In this document: piece by piece, positions 28,646 to 37,528 of the stretch
Numbering within the stretch: position 1 is the stretch's first letter
Layout of the letters: every line of letters starts with the position of its first letter
NCBI GenBank assembly: GCA_946493085.1
Contig: CAMMAC010000003.1
Location: 452 to 64,451 of the forward strand
DNA: 64,000 nt
Direction: 5' to 3'
Source of the DNA: an uncultured Clostridiaceae bacterium
GTDB taxonomy: Bacteria > Bacillota > Clostridia > TANB77 > CAG-508
Notes under the pieces: model-generated
The model's input: only the letters and a program-made list of their open reading frames with translations
The model's database searches: none
What the model was told of the DNA's origin: nothing
Translations under genes and position numbers: made by a program

Positions 28646-28954
28646 TTGCTATTGTTTTTATTTTATGGTAACATGGAGATAGAATGGAGGTTGCTTATGA
28701 AATGGATACATAGTTTAATAAATGAAGTAAAAAATTTTGATAAAAAAACTACTTTTCTTTTAAAAAAAGGGCTTTTCTTTTCTTTATTGCTTGCCCTATT
28801 TTCTACTTTTTTGCTAGCTTTTTATGATGGGCTTTTTGCCTTTCCTGTTCTATTTAAGATAGGAATTTCTTTACTAAGAACCAGCCTTATGTTTGCTATT
28901 ACCTTCTTTATTTGCGCTATTGGATTTGATACGATAAAAAAAGAATGGAATTAA
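28646..28954 (+). CDS. Hypothetical small membrane protein
   Basis: The ORF has two or three hydrophobic segments. The start is uncertain (the internal MKWIHSL at about 28697 is also possible). No family recognised. Confidence 0.35.
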   Translation: MLLFLFYGNMEIEWRLLMKWIHSLINEVKNFDKKTTFLLKKGLFFSLLLALFSTFLLAFYDGLFAFPVLFKIGISLLRTSLMFAITFFICAIGFDTIKKEWN

Positions 28955-29011
28955 AAGAGGTGTCCTTGTATTTTTTCTTAGGACACCTTCTCTTATCTAT
29001 ATAACTTTTTA

Positions 29012-29737
29012 TTAACTAACCACTCTAGCATATATAGCATACATATTTCCTGCATTTGAATAATAGTTAGAACCATCACCAGCACCAGAACCTGCTCCTC
29101 CAGTTGCACTTGTACTATTAAATGAAAATCCGAAATTACAGAATGTCATATGTCCATTACTATTTCTTACTTCCATTCCAGAAGAATAAGCTCCCACAAA
29201 AGTCCAGCCTTCTTGTGCTGGTATACTATTCGTTGTATTAGCATTTCCTATCCTAACTGTCATTGTTTCTATTCTGCCACCTGTTATTTTACCAATATTA
29301 CTAATTATTGTTTCGATAGAATCTGTATTATTTGTCGCTACTCCTTTATTGTTAATGGCTGTTGCTACTTGCGTTTTAAAATTTTCATATTCTGTTTGTA
29401 AATTATTATTATCGGTTTGTAAGTTTTTATTTTCTTCTTGTAAACTATTATATTGTTCTTGCAACTCATTATATTTATTTTGCAATTCAATAAATTGCTC
29501 ATTTTCTTCTATACTTCCAGAACTAATGCTATTATAGTTCTCTAATTGCTCATATACTGTATTTAATTGCTTTTCTTCTTCTATTTGTGCCAATTCTGTA
29601 TTTTCTTTCGCCTTTTGTGCTAAGGTTATAATTCCATTATCCCCTACTAGCATATTAATACTTACTCCTGCCAAGATGATTAACACTATTATAGTTACTA
29701 CTAACGAAACCATCGTTATTCCTGTATTATTTTTCAT
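29012..29737 (-). CDS. Pilin-like protein P7
   Basis: Start MKNNTG|ITMVSLVVTIIVLIILAGVS behind RBS aaggag. Has an LQ-rich coiled coil (LQEQYNSLQEENKNLQTDNNNLQTEYENF), mid module AINNKGVATNNTDSIETIISNI and a Gly/Ser/Asn-rich unique C-terminus. Confidence 0.8.
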   Translation of the reverse strand: MKNNTGITMVSLVVTIIVLIILAGVSINMLVGDNGIITLAQKAKENTELAQIEEEKQLNTVYEQLENYNSISSGSIEENEQFIELQNKYNELQEQYNSLQEENKNLQTDNNNLQTEYENFKTQVATAINNKGVATNNTDSIETIISNIGKITGGRIETMTVRIGNANTTNSIPAQEGWTFVGAYSSGMEVRNSNGHMTFCNFGFSFNSTSATGGAGSGAGDGSNYYSNAGNMYAIYARVVS

Positions 29738-29788
29738 TTTTTTACTCCTTCTTCTTATGTTTTCCATTTCTTTCACATTTATACCTTT

Positions 29789-29817
29789 ATTGTACATTAC
29801 CTTTTGGCTATTATCAA
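29789..29817 (-). promoter_or_regulatory. Conserved sigma-A-type promoter of P7
   Basis: On the minus strand: TTGATA-atagccaaaaggtaatg(17)-TACAAT, then GGTATAAATG. Confidence 0.55.
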
Positions 29818-29938
29818 GTATTATTTTTATTTTCTCTTATTTCTTTTTTAACTACAATTCGTTTTATGTTATTTTGTTTTTATTTTTTTATCTATTGTTG
29901 CTAAATCAAAAACAAATTTTAGAAATATTTTTTTAGCT

Positions 29939-29995
29939 GAAAAAAATGAGGAACGTTTCTCTATTCATTAAAACTTTTCCTCATTACATTATTTT
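29939..29995 (-). terminator. Rho-independent terminator after gatB
   Basis: On the minus strand: AATGAGGAA-loop-TTCCTCATT followed by TTTTTT. Confidence 0.65.
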
Positions 29996-30002
29996 TGTTT
30001 TA

Positions 30003-30031
30003 TGAACTTTAAGGAACGCCCCTAAAGTTCA
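30003..30031. repeat. 29-nt palindromic repeat, copy E
   Basis: tgaactttaaggaacgcccctaaagttca. Lies 2 nt after the gatB stop (30034-30036). Confidence 0.85.
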
Positions 30032-30033
30032 GT

Positions 30034-31485
30034 CTATTTTTTTAGTTCTTCTAGGAACATTTTATTTAACATTTGTGGATTTGCTTTTCCTTTGGTCTCT
30101 TTCATTGCTTGTCCCACTAAAAAACCTAATGCTTTATCTTTTCCTGCTTTATAATCTGCTATGGACTGAGGATTTGCTTCTAATACTTTCTTTACTACTT
30201 CCCCGATAGCTCCCTCATCTGAAATTTGAATCCATCCTTTTTCTTTTATGATTTCTTCTGGATCTTTTGGATTTTCAAATAATTCTGTAATTACTTTTTT
30301 ACCTATAGCAGAACTGATAGTTCCTTTTTCTATTAATTGTATCATTTTAGCTAATTGTTCTGCTGTAAATGGAATAGCATCTGGTTCTAGCTCTTTTTCA
30401 TTTAGTATTCTAGAAACATCGGATAATAGCCAGTTAGCTACTGCCTTTGGATTTTTGCAAATTGCTTCTGCCTCTTCAAATAAATTAGATAAATATTTGG
30501 ATGCTGTTAGTAAATTACTATCCTTTTGAGATAATCCATATTCTTCTATATATCTTTGTTTTCTGCTTTCTGGTAATTCTGGTAGACTTTCTTTCATAGC
30601 TTGGATATATTCTTCTGAAAGACGAATCGCTACTAAATCTGGGTCTGGGAAATAACGATAGTCTTGTGCATCTTCTTTATCTCTCATAGAAAATGTTTTT
30701 CCAGATACATCATCCCATCTTAGAGTTTCTTGTTCAATCGTTCCTCCTTCTTCTAATATATCTATTTGCCTATCTGCCTCATACTCAATAGCTCTTATAA
30801 TAGAACGGAAAGAGTTCATATTTTTCATTTCTGTACGGGTTCCATATTTCTCTTCTCCTTTTTTTCTAACAGATACATTTACATCTGCACGGAAAGAACC
30901 TTCTTGCATTTTACAGTCCGATACTTCTATATATTCCAAAATAGATTTTAGTTTTTTCAAGTAAGCATCTACTTCTTCTGTAGTACGTAAATCTGGTTCG
31001 GAAACAATTTCTATAAGGGGTACTCCTGCTCTATTTAAATCTACTAAGCTTCCTCCTCCAAATTCATTATGATTTAACTTTCCTGCATCTTCTTCTATAT
31101 GGATACGTGTTAAACGAATTTTTTTCTTTTCCCCTTCTCCTGTTTCAATCTCTATATAACCATGCTCACAAAGAGGTTTATCAAATTGAGAAATTTGATA
31201 AGATTTAGGAAGGTCTGGATAAAAATAGTTTTTCCTATCATTTTTACTATCTCTTGCAATTTCACAATTGGTTGCAAGACCTGCTTTTACCGCATATTCT
31301 ACTACCTTTTCATTAAGTACAGGAAGTGTTCCAGGCATTGCCATACAAATAGGACAAGTATGTGTATTAGGCTCTCCTCCAAATTCTGTAGGACAACTGC
31401 AAAAGATTTTTGTTTTTGTAGAAAGCTCTGCATGCACTTCTAATCCCATTACTATCTCATAATCATTATTTTTCAACCCTCTCAC
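30034..31485 (-). CDS. gatB: Asp/Glu-tRNA amidotransferase subunit B
   Basis: 483 aa. Motifs GLEVHAEL, NRAGVPLIEIVSEPD and a C-terminal GatB/YqeY domain. Part of the gatC-gatA-gatB order. Confidence 0.95.
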   Translation of the reverse strand: MRGLKNNDYEIVMGLEVHAELSTKTKIFCSCPTEFGGEPNTHTCPICMAMPGTLPVLNEKVVEYAVKAGLATNCEIARDSKNDRKNYFYPDLPKSYQISQFDKPLCEHGYIEIETGEGEKKKIRLTRIHIEEDAGKLNHNEFGGGSLVDLNRAGVPLIEIVSEPDLRTTEEVDAYLKKLKSILEYIEVSDCKMQEGSFRADVNVSVRKKGEEKYGTRTEMKNMNSFRSIIRAIEYEADRQIDILEEGGTIEQETLRWDDVSGKTFSMRDKEDAQDYRYFPDPDLVAIRLSEEYIQAMKESLPELPESRKQRYIEEYGLSQKDSNLLTASKYLSNLFEEAEAICKNPKAVANWLLSDVSRILNEKELEPDAIPFTAEQLAKMIQLIEKGTISSAIGKKVITELFENPKDPEEIIKEKGWIQISDEGAIGEVVKKVLEANPQSIADYKAGKDKALGFLVGQAMKETKGKANPQMLNKMFLEELKK

Positions 31486-31491
31486 CCTTTC

Positions 31492-32961
31492 TTATTTTTT
31501 AAACTCTGGTCTATATTTTTTTCTAAATTCTATTTTTTGTTCAAATGTATAAGCTGCTTGCAAAAGTGTTTCTTCGCTAAATTTTGGTCCAATTAACTGC
31601 ATTCCAATTGGCATTTGCTTACTATTTACTCCACATGGAATAGAGATACCTGGAAGTCCTGCTATATTTACAGAAACAGTACAAATATCTGCTAAATACA
31701 TTTCTAAAGGATTATTCGATTTTGTTCCTATCTCAAAAGCAACATTTGGTGCAGTTGGTGTTAATAGGAAATCATATTTTTGGAAAGCCTCTTCAAATTC
31801 TTTCTTTACTAGTGTTCTTACTTGTTGTGCTTTTTTATAGTAAGCATCATAATAGCCAGAAGATAACACATAAGTTCCCAAAATAATTCTTCTTTTTACT
31901 TCTGCTCCAAATCCTTCACTTCTAGAATGACGATATAACTCTTTTAGATTATTGTAATTTGGTGTACGATAGCCATAACGAATTCCATCAAATCTACCTA
32001 AATTAGAACTTGCTTCTGCACAAGCTATGATATAATAGGTAGCTAGAGCATAGTTTGCAATATCTAAAGAACATTCTTCTACCGTTGCTCCTAATTCTTG
32101 ATAAGTTTGAATGGCTTTTTCTAATGCTTCTTTTACCTCTTTATCAATTCCTTCTCCAAAATATTCTTTTGGAATTCCTATTCTCATTCCTTTTACATCA
32201 TTACGAATGGCTTTGGTATAATCCACTTTTTCTCTGTTTTCTGATGTAGTGTCTTTTTCATCATGTCCTGTTATCACATTTAACAGCATAGCACAATCTT
32301 CTACATCTTTTGTAATAGGTCCTATTTGGTCTAAGGAAGAAGCAAATGCTACTAATCCATAACGAGAAATTAAGCCATAGGTAGGTTTTAATCCTACTAC
32401 CCCACAAAAAGAGGCTGGCTGACGAATGGATCCTCCTGTATCTGAGCCTAATGCCCAAGGTACTAAATCTGCTGCTACAGCTGCTGCACTACCTCCTGAT
32501 GAGCCACCTGGCACAGTATTTAAATTCCATGGATTTCTTGTTTTCTGAAATGCAGAATATTCTGTAGAAGCTCCCATAGCAAATTCGTCCATGTTTAATT
32601 TTCCAAGTGTTATCATTCCTTCTGCTTTTATTTTCTCCATAACAGTGGCATCATAAGGAGAAACAAAATTTTCTAACATTTTAGATGCACAAGTCGTTTT
32701 CACTCCTTTTGTACAAATATTGTCTTTAATTCCTATGGGAATACCTGCTAAACTTCCTATTTCTTCTCCTTTATCCACTTTTTGTTGTATTTCTGTGGAT
32801 TGTTTCTCTGCTTCTTCTGTTAAAATAGTAAGAAAAGCTTGTACATCTTTTTCTTTTTCTTCTATCCTTTTCGCATATGCCTTTGTAATTTCTGGCAAAG
32901 TTATCTCTTTTTTCTTTAACTTGTCCTGTAATTCATGCACGGTAAGCTCTGTTATTTCCAT
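31492..32961 (-). CDS. gatA: Asp/Glu-tRNA amidotransferase subunit A
   Basis: 489 aa. Amidase signature [13 protein letters not shown] and motif [11 protein letters not shown]. Confidence 0.95.
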   Translation of the reverse strand: MEITELTVHELQDKLKKKEITLPEITKAYAKRIEEKEKDVQAFLTILTEEAEKQSTEIQQKVDKGEEIGSLAGIPIGIKDNICTKGVKTTCASKMLENFVSPYDATVMEKIKAEGMITLGKLNMDEFAMGASTEYSAFQKTRNPWNLNTVPGGSSGGSAAAVAADLVPWALGSDTGGSIRQPASFCGVVGLKPTYGLISRYGLVAFASSLDQIGPITKDVEDCAMLLNVITGHDEKDTTSENREKVDYTKAIRNDVKGMRIGIPKEYFGEGIDKEVKEALEKAIQTYQELGATVEECSLDIANYALATYYIIACAEASSNLGRFDGIRYGYRTPNYNNLKELYRHSRSEGFGAEVKRRIILGTYVLSSGYYDAYYKKAQQVRTLVKKEFEEAFQKYDFLLTPTAPNVAFEIGTKSNNPLEMYLADICTVSVNIAGLPGISIPCGVNSKQMPIGMQLIGPKFSEETLLQAAYTFEQKIEFRKKYRPEFKK

Positions 32962-32985
32962 CTTTTTTCATCCTTCCTTTCCCTC

Positions 32986-33273
32986 TTATTGTATTACTTT
33001 TGGAATTTTAAACATATTTCTTTCACTTTCTGGTGCATTAGAAAGCAAGGAAGCATTATCTTCAAATACCTTTACTTCATCTTTTCGAAATACATTACAA
33101 TTATCGTTTGCACCAAAGGTTTCTCCTAATCCTTGTGCTGGTGCTTCGTTTACAATATTAGCAAAATTTAATATATCTTGTAAATTGTTTAAATAAGTAT
33201 CTATTTCCTCTTCTTTTAAATCTAAATCTGCCAATTTTGCAATATGCAAAAGTTCTTCTCTGCTTACTTTCAT
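32986..33273 (-). CDS. gatC: Asp/Glu-tRNA amidotransferase subunit C
   Basis: 95 aa. Sequence begins MKVSREELLHIAKLADLDLKEEEI. Located upstream of gatA. Confidence 0.9.
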   Translation of the reverse strand: MKVSREELLHIAKLADLDLKEEEIDTYLNNLQDILNFANIVNEAPAQGLGETFGANDNCNVFRKDEVKVFEDNASLLSNAPESERNMFKIPKVIQ

Positions 33274-33341
33274 TTTCTTTTCACCCTTTCTCTCATGCGT
33301 TTCATTATACCGCTTTTGCAGTAATTTTACAATAGTTTACA

Positions 33342-35126
33342 TTACAATTCCTCTTTTAATTTTTTGGCTAGTGCCTCATTAATTCCTTTTAGTTTTGTTA
33401 ATTCTTCTCTACTGGCATTTTTTATTTTTTCTACACTGCCAAATGTTTGCAAAAGTAATTTTTTCTTAGCTGGTCCTATTCCTTCTACCTCATCTAATGC
33501 CGATTTTGTAACACTAGCTTCACGTAATTTTTTGTGATAGCCAATGGCTGTATCATGCACATTATCTTGAAATAGCGTAATATGTTTCATTGCCTCTTCT
33601 GATAGAGCAAGTTCCTGTCTTTCTTCATTCATTAATGCTCTTGTTTGGTGTTTATCGTTTTTTACCATTCCGAAAATAGGAATTTTTAAGTGATACTGCT
33701 CCACCGCTTCTCTAGCAGCTCTTATTTGCGTAATACCTCCATCTACAAAAATGACATCTGGCATTTTTCCAAATCCACTTTTTTCATTGTCTATGGAATA
33801 TTTTAGTCTCCTTGCGATTACCTCTTTCATACATCTAGGGTCATCTTGTTCGAATACGGTTTTGATTCGAAATCTTCTTGCTAAATTCTTTTTAATAATT
33901 CCATCTTGCATCACGCACATACCTGCTACCATGTAGCTACCAGAAATATTAGAGATATCATAAGACTCTATTTTACGTGGTAGCCTTTCTAATTGTAATA
34001 CTTCTTTTAGTTCATTTAATATGCTATATTTGTCTTTTTCTTTATTTTCTAGCGTTATTTTGCTATTCATTTCAGCCATTTCTACTAAACGAAGTTTCTC
34101 TCCTTTTTGTGGTGTTTTAATTTCTACTTTTCTTCCCGCTACACTGCTTAGCCATTGTTCTATAGCACTTTTATCTTCTATCTCTTCTTTTATCATAATT
34201 TTATTTGGTAAAATGCTTCTATCTATGTAATATTGTTTGATAAAATCTGATAAAATCTGGCTATCTTCCTCATCTACTAAATCCTTAAAAAAGTAATGTT
34301 CTCTTCCTACCATTTTGCTCTTTCTGACAAAGAAAATTTCCACACAAACCTCAAAAGCATTTTTAGCAATACCAATTACATCAATATCATTTTCGTTTAA
34401 ATTCGATACCTTTTGTTTTGCTGATATTCTTTCAATTGCTGTTAATTTATCTCTTAAATATGCTGCTTTTTCATATTGCATTTTACTAGATGCTTCTTGC
34501 ATTTCTTCTTCTATTTGTTTGCATATATTTTCTGTTTTTCCTTCTAGAATACTGATAATTTCATTAATTTGTTTTCGATATTCTTCTTTAGAAATGTAAC
34601 CCATGCATGGAGCAAAACACTTTTTGATGTGGTAATTTAAACATGGCCTATCTTTATATTTAAAGCTACTACACTGACGAATTTTAAACTTTTCTTTGAT
34701 AAAATCTACCATTTCTTTTGCTGCCCCACTATTGGCATATGGTCCAAAATATCTAGCGCCATCATGTAGCAAACGCCTTGTAATATATACATTTGGATAG
34801 TCGTCTTTCACATTTATTTTTATATAAGGATAGGTTTTATCATCTTTTAGTAGCACATTGAATTTTGGCTTATTTTTCTTAATTAAATTGCACTCTAAAA
34901 TAAGGGCTTCTGCCTCATTGTCTACCACAATGTATTCAAAGTGATCTATTAAAGCCACCATATTTTCTATTCTTTTCGTTTTATGCCCTTTTCTAAAATA
35001 TTGCCTTACACGATTTTTAAGAGAAATTGCTTTTCCCACATAGATAATGGTGTCGTTTTTGTCATGCATAATATATACACCGGGTTTATTTGGTAGTTTT
35101 TTTAGTTCTGCTTCTATATCAAACAT
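33342..35126 (-). CDS. uvrC: Excinuclease ABC subunit C
   Basis: GIY-YIG domain (PGVYIMHD...IIYVGKA), UVR motif (YEKAAYLRDK) and C-terminal HhH (GIGPAKKKLLLQTFGS). Start MFDIEAELKKLP is preferred over the longer ORF. Confidence 0.93.
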   Translation of the reverse strand: MFDIEAELKKLPNKPGVYIMHDKNDTIIYVGKAISLKNRVRQYFRKGHKTKRIENMVALIDHFEYIVVDNEAEALILECNLIKKNKPKFNVLLKDDKTYPYIKINVKDDYPNVYITRRLLHDGARYFGPYANSGAAKEMVDFIKEKFKIRQCSSFKYKDRPCLNYHIKKCFAPCMGYISKEEYRKQINEIISILEGKTENICKQIEEEMQEASSKMQYEKAAYLRDKLTAIERISAKQKVSNLNENDIDVIGIAKNAFEVCVEIFFVRKSKMVGREHYFFKDLVDEEDSQILSDFIKQYYIDRSILPNKIMIKEEIEDKSAIEQWLSSVAGRKVEIKTPQKGEKLRLVEMAEMNSKITLENKEKDKYSILNELKEVLQLERLPRKIESYDISNISGSYMVAGMCVMQDGIIKKNLARRFRIKTVFEQDDPRCMKEVIARRLKYSIDNEKSGFGKMPDVIFVDGGITQIRAAREAVEQYHLKIPIFGMVKNDKHQTRALMNEERQELALSEEAMKHITLFQDNVHDTAIGYHKKLREASVTKSALDEVEGIGPAKKKLLLQTFGSVEKIKNASREELTKLKGINEALAKKLKEEL

Positions 35127-35225
35127 CTTTTTCCTCCTAGTAGTATTATGCCACATTTTTGACTTGTTGTAAACTCTTATTTTAGTAGGAGGAAGCGCAA
35201 GGCAAAACTTGCCTTGCGCCATTAG

Positions 35226-35696
35226 TTACCCCTTTGCACTTAAGATAGGAAACTGAAACGCATCAATTTCCAATTCACCTTCAATACCATATATCGCAAA
35301 TTCTTCCTCGATATATTGCATATCTTTGTTGTACTCTGCAATATAGGTATCTGCCTTTTCCGGAACATACCATACTAAGACTGCTAAATCTTCCAACTTG
35401 CTATCTTGATAGGCATACAAAGTTGCAATATACTGTACAGGAAATAGTCCATATTCCTCTGTACTATTCTCCGCTGTCAGTACTGCTTCCTTATTTTCCA
35501 GAAAACTAGTCATTTCCAAGAAGAGTTCTTCTGATATATCCTCTTCTTCTAAAGCTTTCGTATAAAGCTTTTTTTTCATTGATATTTCTCTTTCACACTC
35601 TCTTTGTGCAAAAGGCTTTTGCTCTTGTGCCCAAACTGTTAGTGGCATACTCATTAAGAGTATTGCTAAACCTAATACTACCTTCCACCGTTTCAT
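35226..35696 (-). CDS. Hypothetical secreted protein
   Basis: 156 aa. Signal peptide MKRWKVVLGLAILLMSMPLTVWA|QE and an acidic mature part. Visibly higher G+C than its neighbours. Confidence 0.5.
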   Translation of the reverse strand: MKRWKVVLGLAILLMSMPLTVWAQEQKPFAQRECEREISMKKKLYTKALEEEDISEELFLEMTSFLENKEAVLTAENSTEEYGLFPVQYIATLYAYQDSKLEDLAVLVWYVPEKADTYIAEYNKDMQYIEEEFAIYGIEGELEIDAFQFPILSAKG

Positions 35697-35774
35697 TTTC
35701 TTCCTCCCTTATTTATCGGCGAAATTTTATTGTTACTTTTTTATTATACCACCCTATTACCTCTTTGTCATTCT

Positions 35775-36036
35775 TTATAAAAAAATTTTCAGAATAATTA
35801 ATAAAATAGCACCGAGGTATACCTAATAATCCCACTAAAACAGCTGTTAATACATTTAGTCCAATATGAAATCCCCATATACCACCTATACTATTGATAC
35901 AAAATAAAAGAATGCCTCCTAATATAGAGTTACCTACTATTTTTAATATACTTCTTAATGGAAGCACAAATATCCTTCCAAAAATAAATAAGAAAATAAT
36001 GCATGCCAAATAAATAATGATTGTATTTATGTCCAC
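35775..36036 (-). pseudogene. bofA: Pro-sigma-K processing inhibitor BofA, frame interrupted by a +1 shift at an in-frame CGG
   Basis: ..GLNVLTAVLVGLLGIP then CGG (35814-35812). Skipping the C gives GAILLIILKIFL-stop (taa 35777-35775), which makes an 86-aa BofA-like protein with the family GIPG motif. The unshifted frame instead runs on to 35713 with a non-hydrophobic tail. Confidence 0.75.
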
Positions 36037-36097
36037 GATTCACCCGCTCCTTTTTCTCTTTGCTACATACTTATGAATCATTTTGGACAAATATTCC

Positions 36098-36373
36098 TTA
36101 AATTGCTTGTTTATGTCTTAGCTCTATTTGCTCTAGCATTGGCAAAACCATTCCTTCTTTTTTCGCTCTTTTTATAAGATAATCTAATTTTGCTCTTGCT
36201 GCCTTCATTTGATAAGTATAATAATCGATTAAATCACCATCTGCAAATTCAAAATTTTTACTAGCCACATCTAGCTCTTTCTTCGTTTTGATAATACTAA
36301 TCATTAATTGGTTTTGCTTTTCTTCTATGGATAAATCTCTAATTTTCGTTTCCTTTACATACTCTTCACCCAT
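36098..36373 (-). CDS. YaaL-like protein (DUF2508)
   Basis: 91 aa. Motif DLIDYYTYQMKAARAKLDYLIKRAKKEG. Sits next to bofA, as yaaL-bofA does in Bacillus subtilis. Confidence 0.6.
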   Translation of the reverse strand: MGEEYVKETKIRDLSIEEKQNQLMISIIKTKKELDVASKNFEFADGDLIDYYTYQMKAARAKLDYLIKRAKKEGMVLPMLEQIELRHKQAI

Positions 36374-36521
36374 GGAAACCCTCCTATTATAATATATTCT
36401 TTTCCTCCTATTTTATTCATTTTCTTTCGTGGCTTTAAATAAACTTTTCTTTGAGGATTTTGATTGCATTTCTCTTTTCCCTTTGCACTACCAATATTTC
36501 TTCCTGATAAGGAATCTATGT

Positions 36522-37361
36522 TTATGACCATGTAAAAATCAGAATTCCTATGCTTTGAATAATAAACAAATTTAATATGTTCGATGCCAATAGATTATTT
36601 GTAGCTTCAATAACTCCTAATTCTCTTTCTTCTTTCTCCTTATAATGCTTTTGCGATTCAAAAAAAGTAATTAATTCTGGAATACTCGTAATAAAACCTA
36701 AAGCTATTCCTATTATCCATTCGGGAACTAAAAAACTATCTGCCAAATTCTCTAATACAATACTTAGCTGATTGCCAATCCAATATAAGATTCCTCCCGT
36801 CAGCAATAAAAAAATAGAATGCGTTATCAAAATTTTTGATTTTTTATGAATTCTTTCTTCCTCTGCTTTTATTTCTTTTTCTAGTATTCCCTCTTGTTTT
36901 GGCAAATATAACTTGTGTGCATTTTTATTTAGATAATAAAAAAAGAAAAAACATAAAAGAAAAATGGGAACGATATGAATAGAAAAATTCCAGCTAAATA
37001 ATAGCATCACCATTGGTATGAAAATAGTGAGGGCTACTAAGCATAAATCTATTCGTAACGCTTTATTTCTTAATATCTTTTGATTTTTCGATAAAACAAT
37101 AGAAAATAAATATTGTACAAAATTAATCACATTAGAACTCAGAATATTATAAATACTAGTTCCTAGTAATCCAGTAAAAGCAGAAAAAGATACTGTTAAC
37201 AGCTCTGGTATAGATGTAGCAAATCCTGCTATGTTACCTACTGTTCTAGAGGAAAGCTGCAAACTTTCTCCTAACTTTCGTAGTAACTTTACTAAAATAT
37301 ATTTAGCAATTAGTACAATGCATAAAGAATAGATAATAAACTTAAAAAATTCTATCTCCAT
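36522..37361 (-). CDS. CaCA-family (Na+/Ca2+ exchanger-like) membrane protein
   Basis: 279 aa polytopic protein. Two alpha-repeat-like motifs: GFATSIPELLTV and GFITSIPELITF. Confidence 0.55.
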   Translation of the reverse strand: MEIEFFKFIIYSLCIVLIAKYILVKLLRKLGESLQLSSRTVGNIAGFATSIPELLTVSFSAFTGLLGTSIYNILSSNVINFVQYLFSIVLSKNQKILRNKALRIDLCLVALTIFIPMVMLLFSWNFSIHIVPIFLLCFFFFYYLNKNAHKLYLPKQEGILEKEIKAEEERIHKKSKILITHSIFLLLTGGILYWIGNQLSIVLENLADSFLVPEWIIGIALGFITSIPELITFFESQKHYKEKEERELGVIEATNNLLASNILNLFIIQSIGILIFTWS

Positions 37362-37393
37362 TTTCCCACCCTATTTCGACATTTTTCTGGTAG

Positions 37394-37423
37394 TGTCTCA
37401 TTTAACCCTGACTTGAATGGACA
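37394..37423 (-). other. Repeated hairpin motif, copy 2 (5' leader of the CaCA-family gene)
   Basis: tgtctcatttaaccctgacttgaatggaca. Shares the core CCCTGACTTGAATG and flanks with 13793-13824. Lies about 30 nt upstream of the start codon at 37361. Confidence 0.4.
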
Positions 37424-37463
37424 GCCTTTATGGATAGTATTACCAATTTTTATGGATTTTATC

Positions 37464-37492
37464 TTGAATTTCGCTTTTTTTTATGATAAAAT
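37464..37492 (+). promoter_or_regulatory. Sigma-A promoter of serS
   Basis: TTGAAT-17 nt-TAAAAT, with a TG at the extended -10 position (tgaTAAAAT). Confidence 0.6.
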
Positions 37493-37528
37493 TTGTACAA
37501 AATTTTAGAGGAAATGAGGCGTTTTGAT

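Noticed and set aside
29390-29530. Repetitive ttgtaa/ttgcaa-rich DNA inside P7, considered as a possible phase-variable tandem repeat.
   Set aside because: It encodes an imperfect LQ-rich coiled coil (LQEQYNSLQEENKNLQTDNNNLQTEYENF). The units are not identical at the nucleotide level, so slipped-strand variation is not supported from this single sequence.
3659-30031. Reading the 29-nt palindromes as integron attC sites or as a CRISPR-like array.
   Set aside because: The copies are not regularly spaced and are not separated by unique short spacers. No integrase or cas genes are present. The flanked genes carry their own promoters, and two copies follow housekeeping genes (fabG, gatB). REP-like element or insertion scar is the more conservative reading.
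32261-32458. A 65-aa minus-strand ORF inside gatA.
   Set aside because: It is out of frame within a well-supported gatA coding region, and its Arg/Cys/Leu-rich translation has no features.
35127-35222. N-terminal extensions of ORFs in the track: uvrC to 35222, HAD to 26825, rlmN to 17764, CDF to 18245, P7 to 29797, serS from 37493, kinase from 43165, rsgA N-terminal part to 13834, pilMN to 58975.
   Set aside because: In each case an internal start with a good RBS coincides with the conserved N-terminus of the family. The extensions overlap terminators, promoters or upstream genes.
37362-37528. A possible T-box leader upstream of serS (and likewise upstream of gltX, 46396-46411).
   Set aside because: The serS leader is only about 35 nt after a good promoter, and no T-box sequence, specifier loop or terminator/antiterminator pair is visible. 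gltX has almost no upstream intergenic space.
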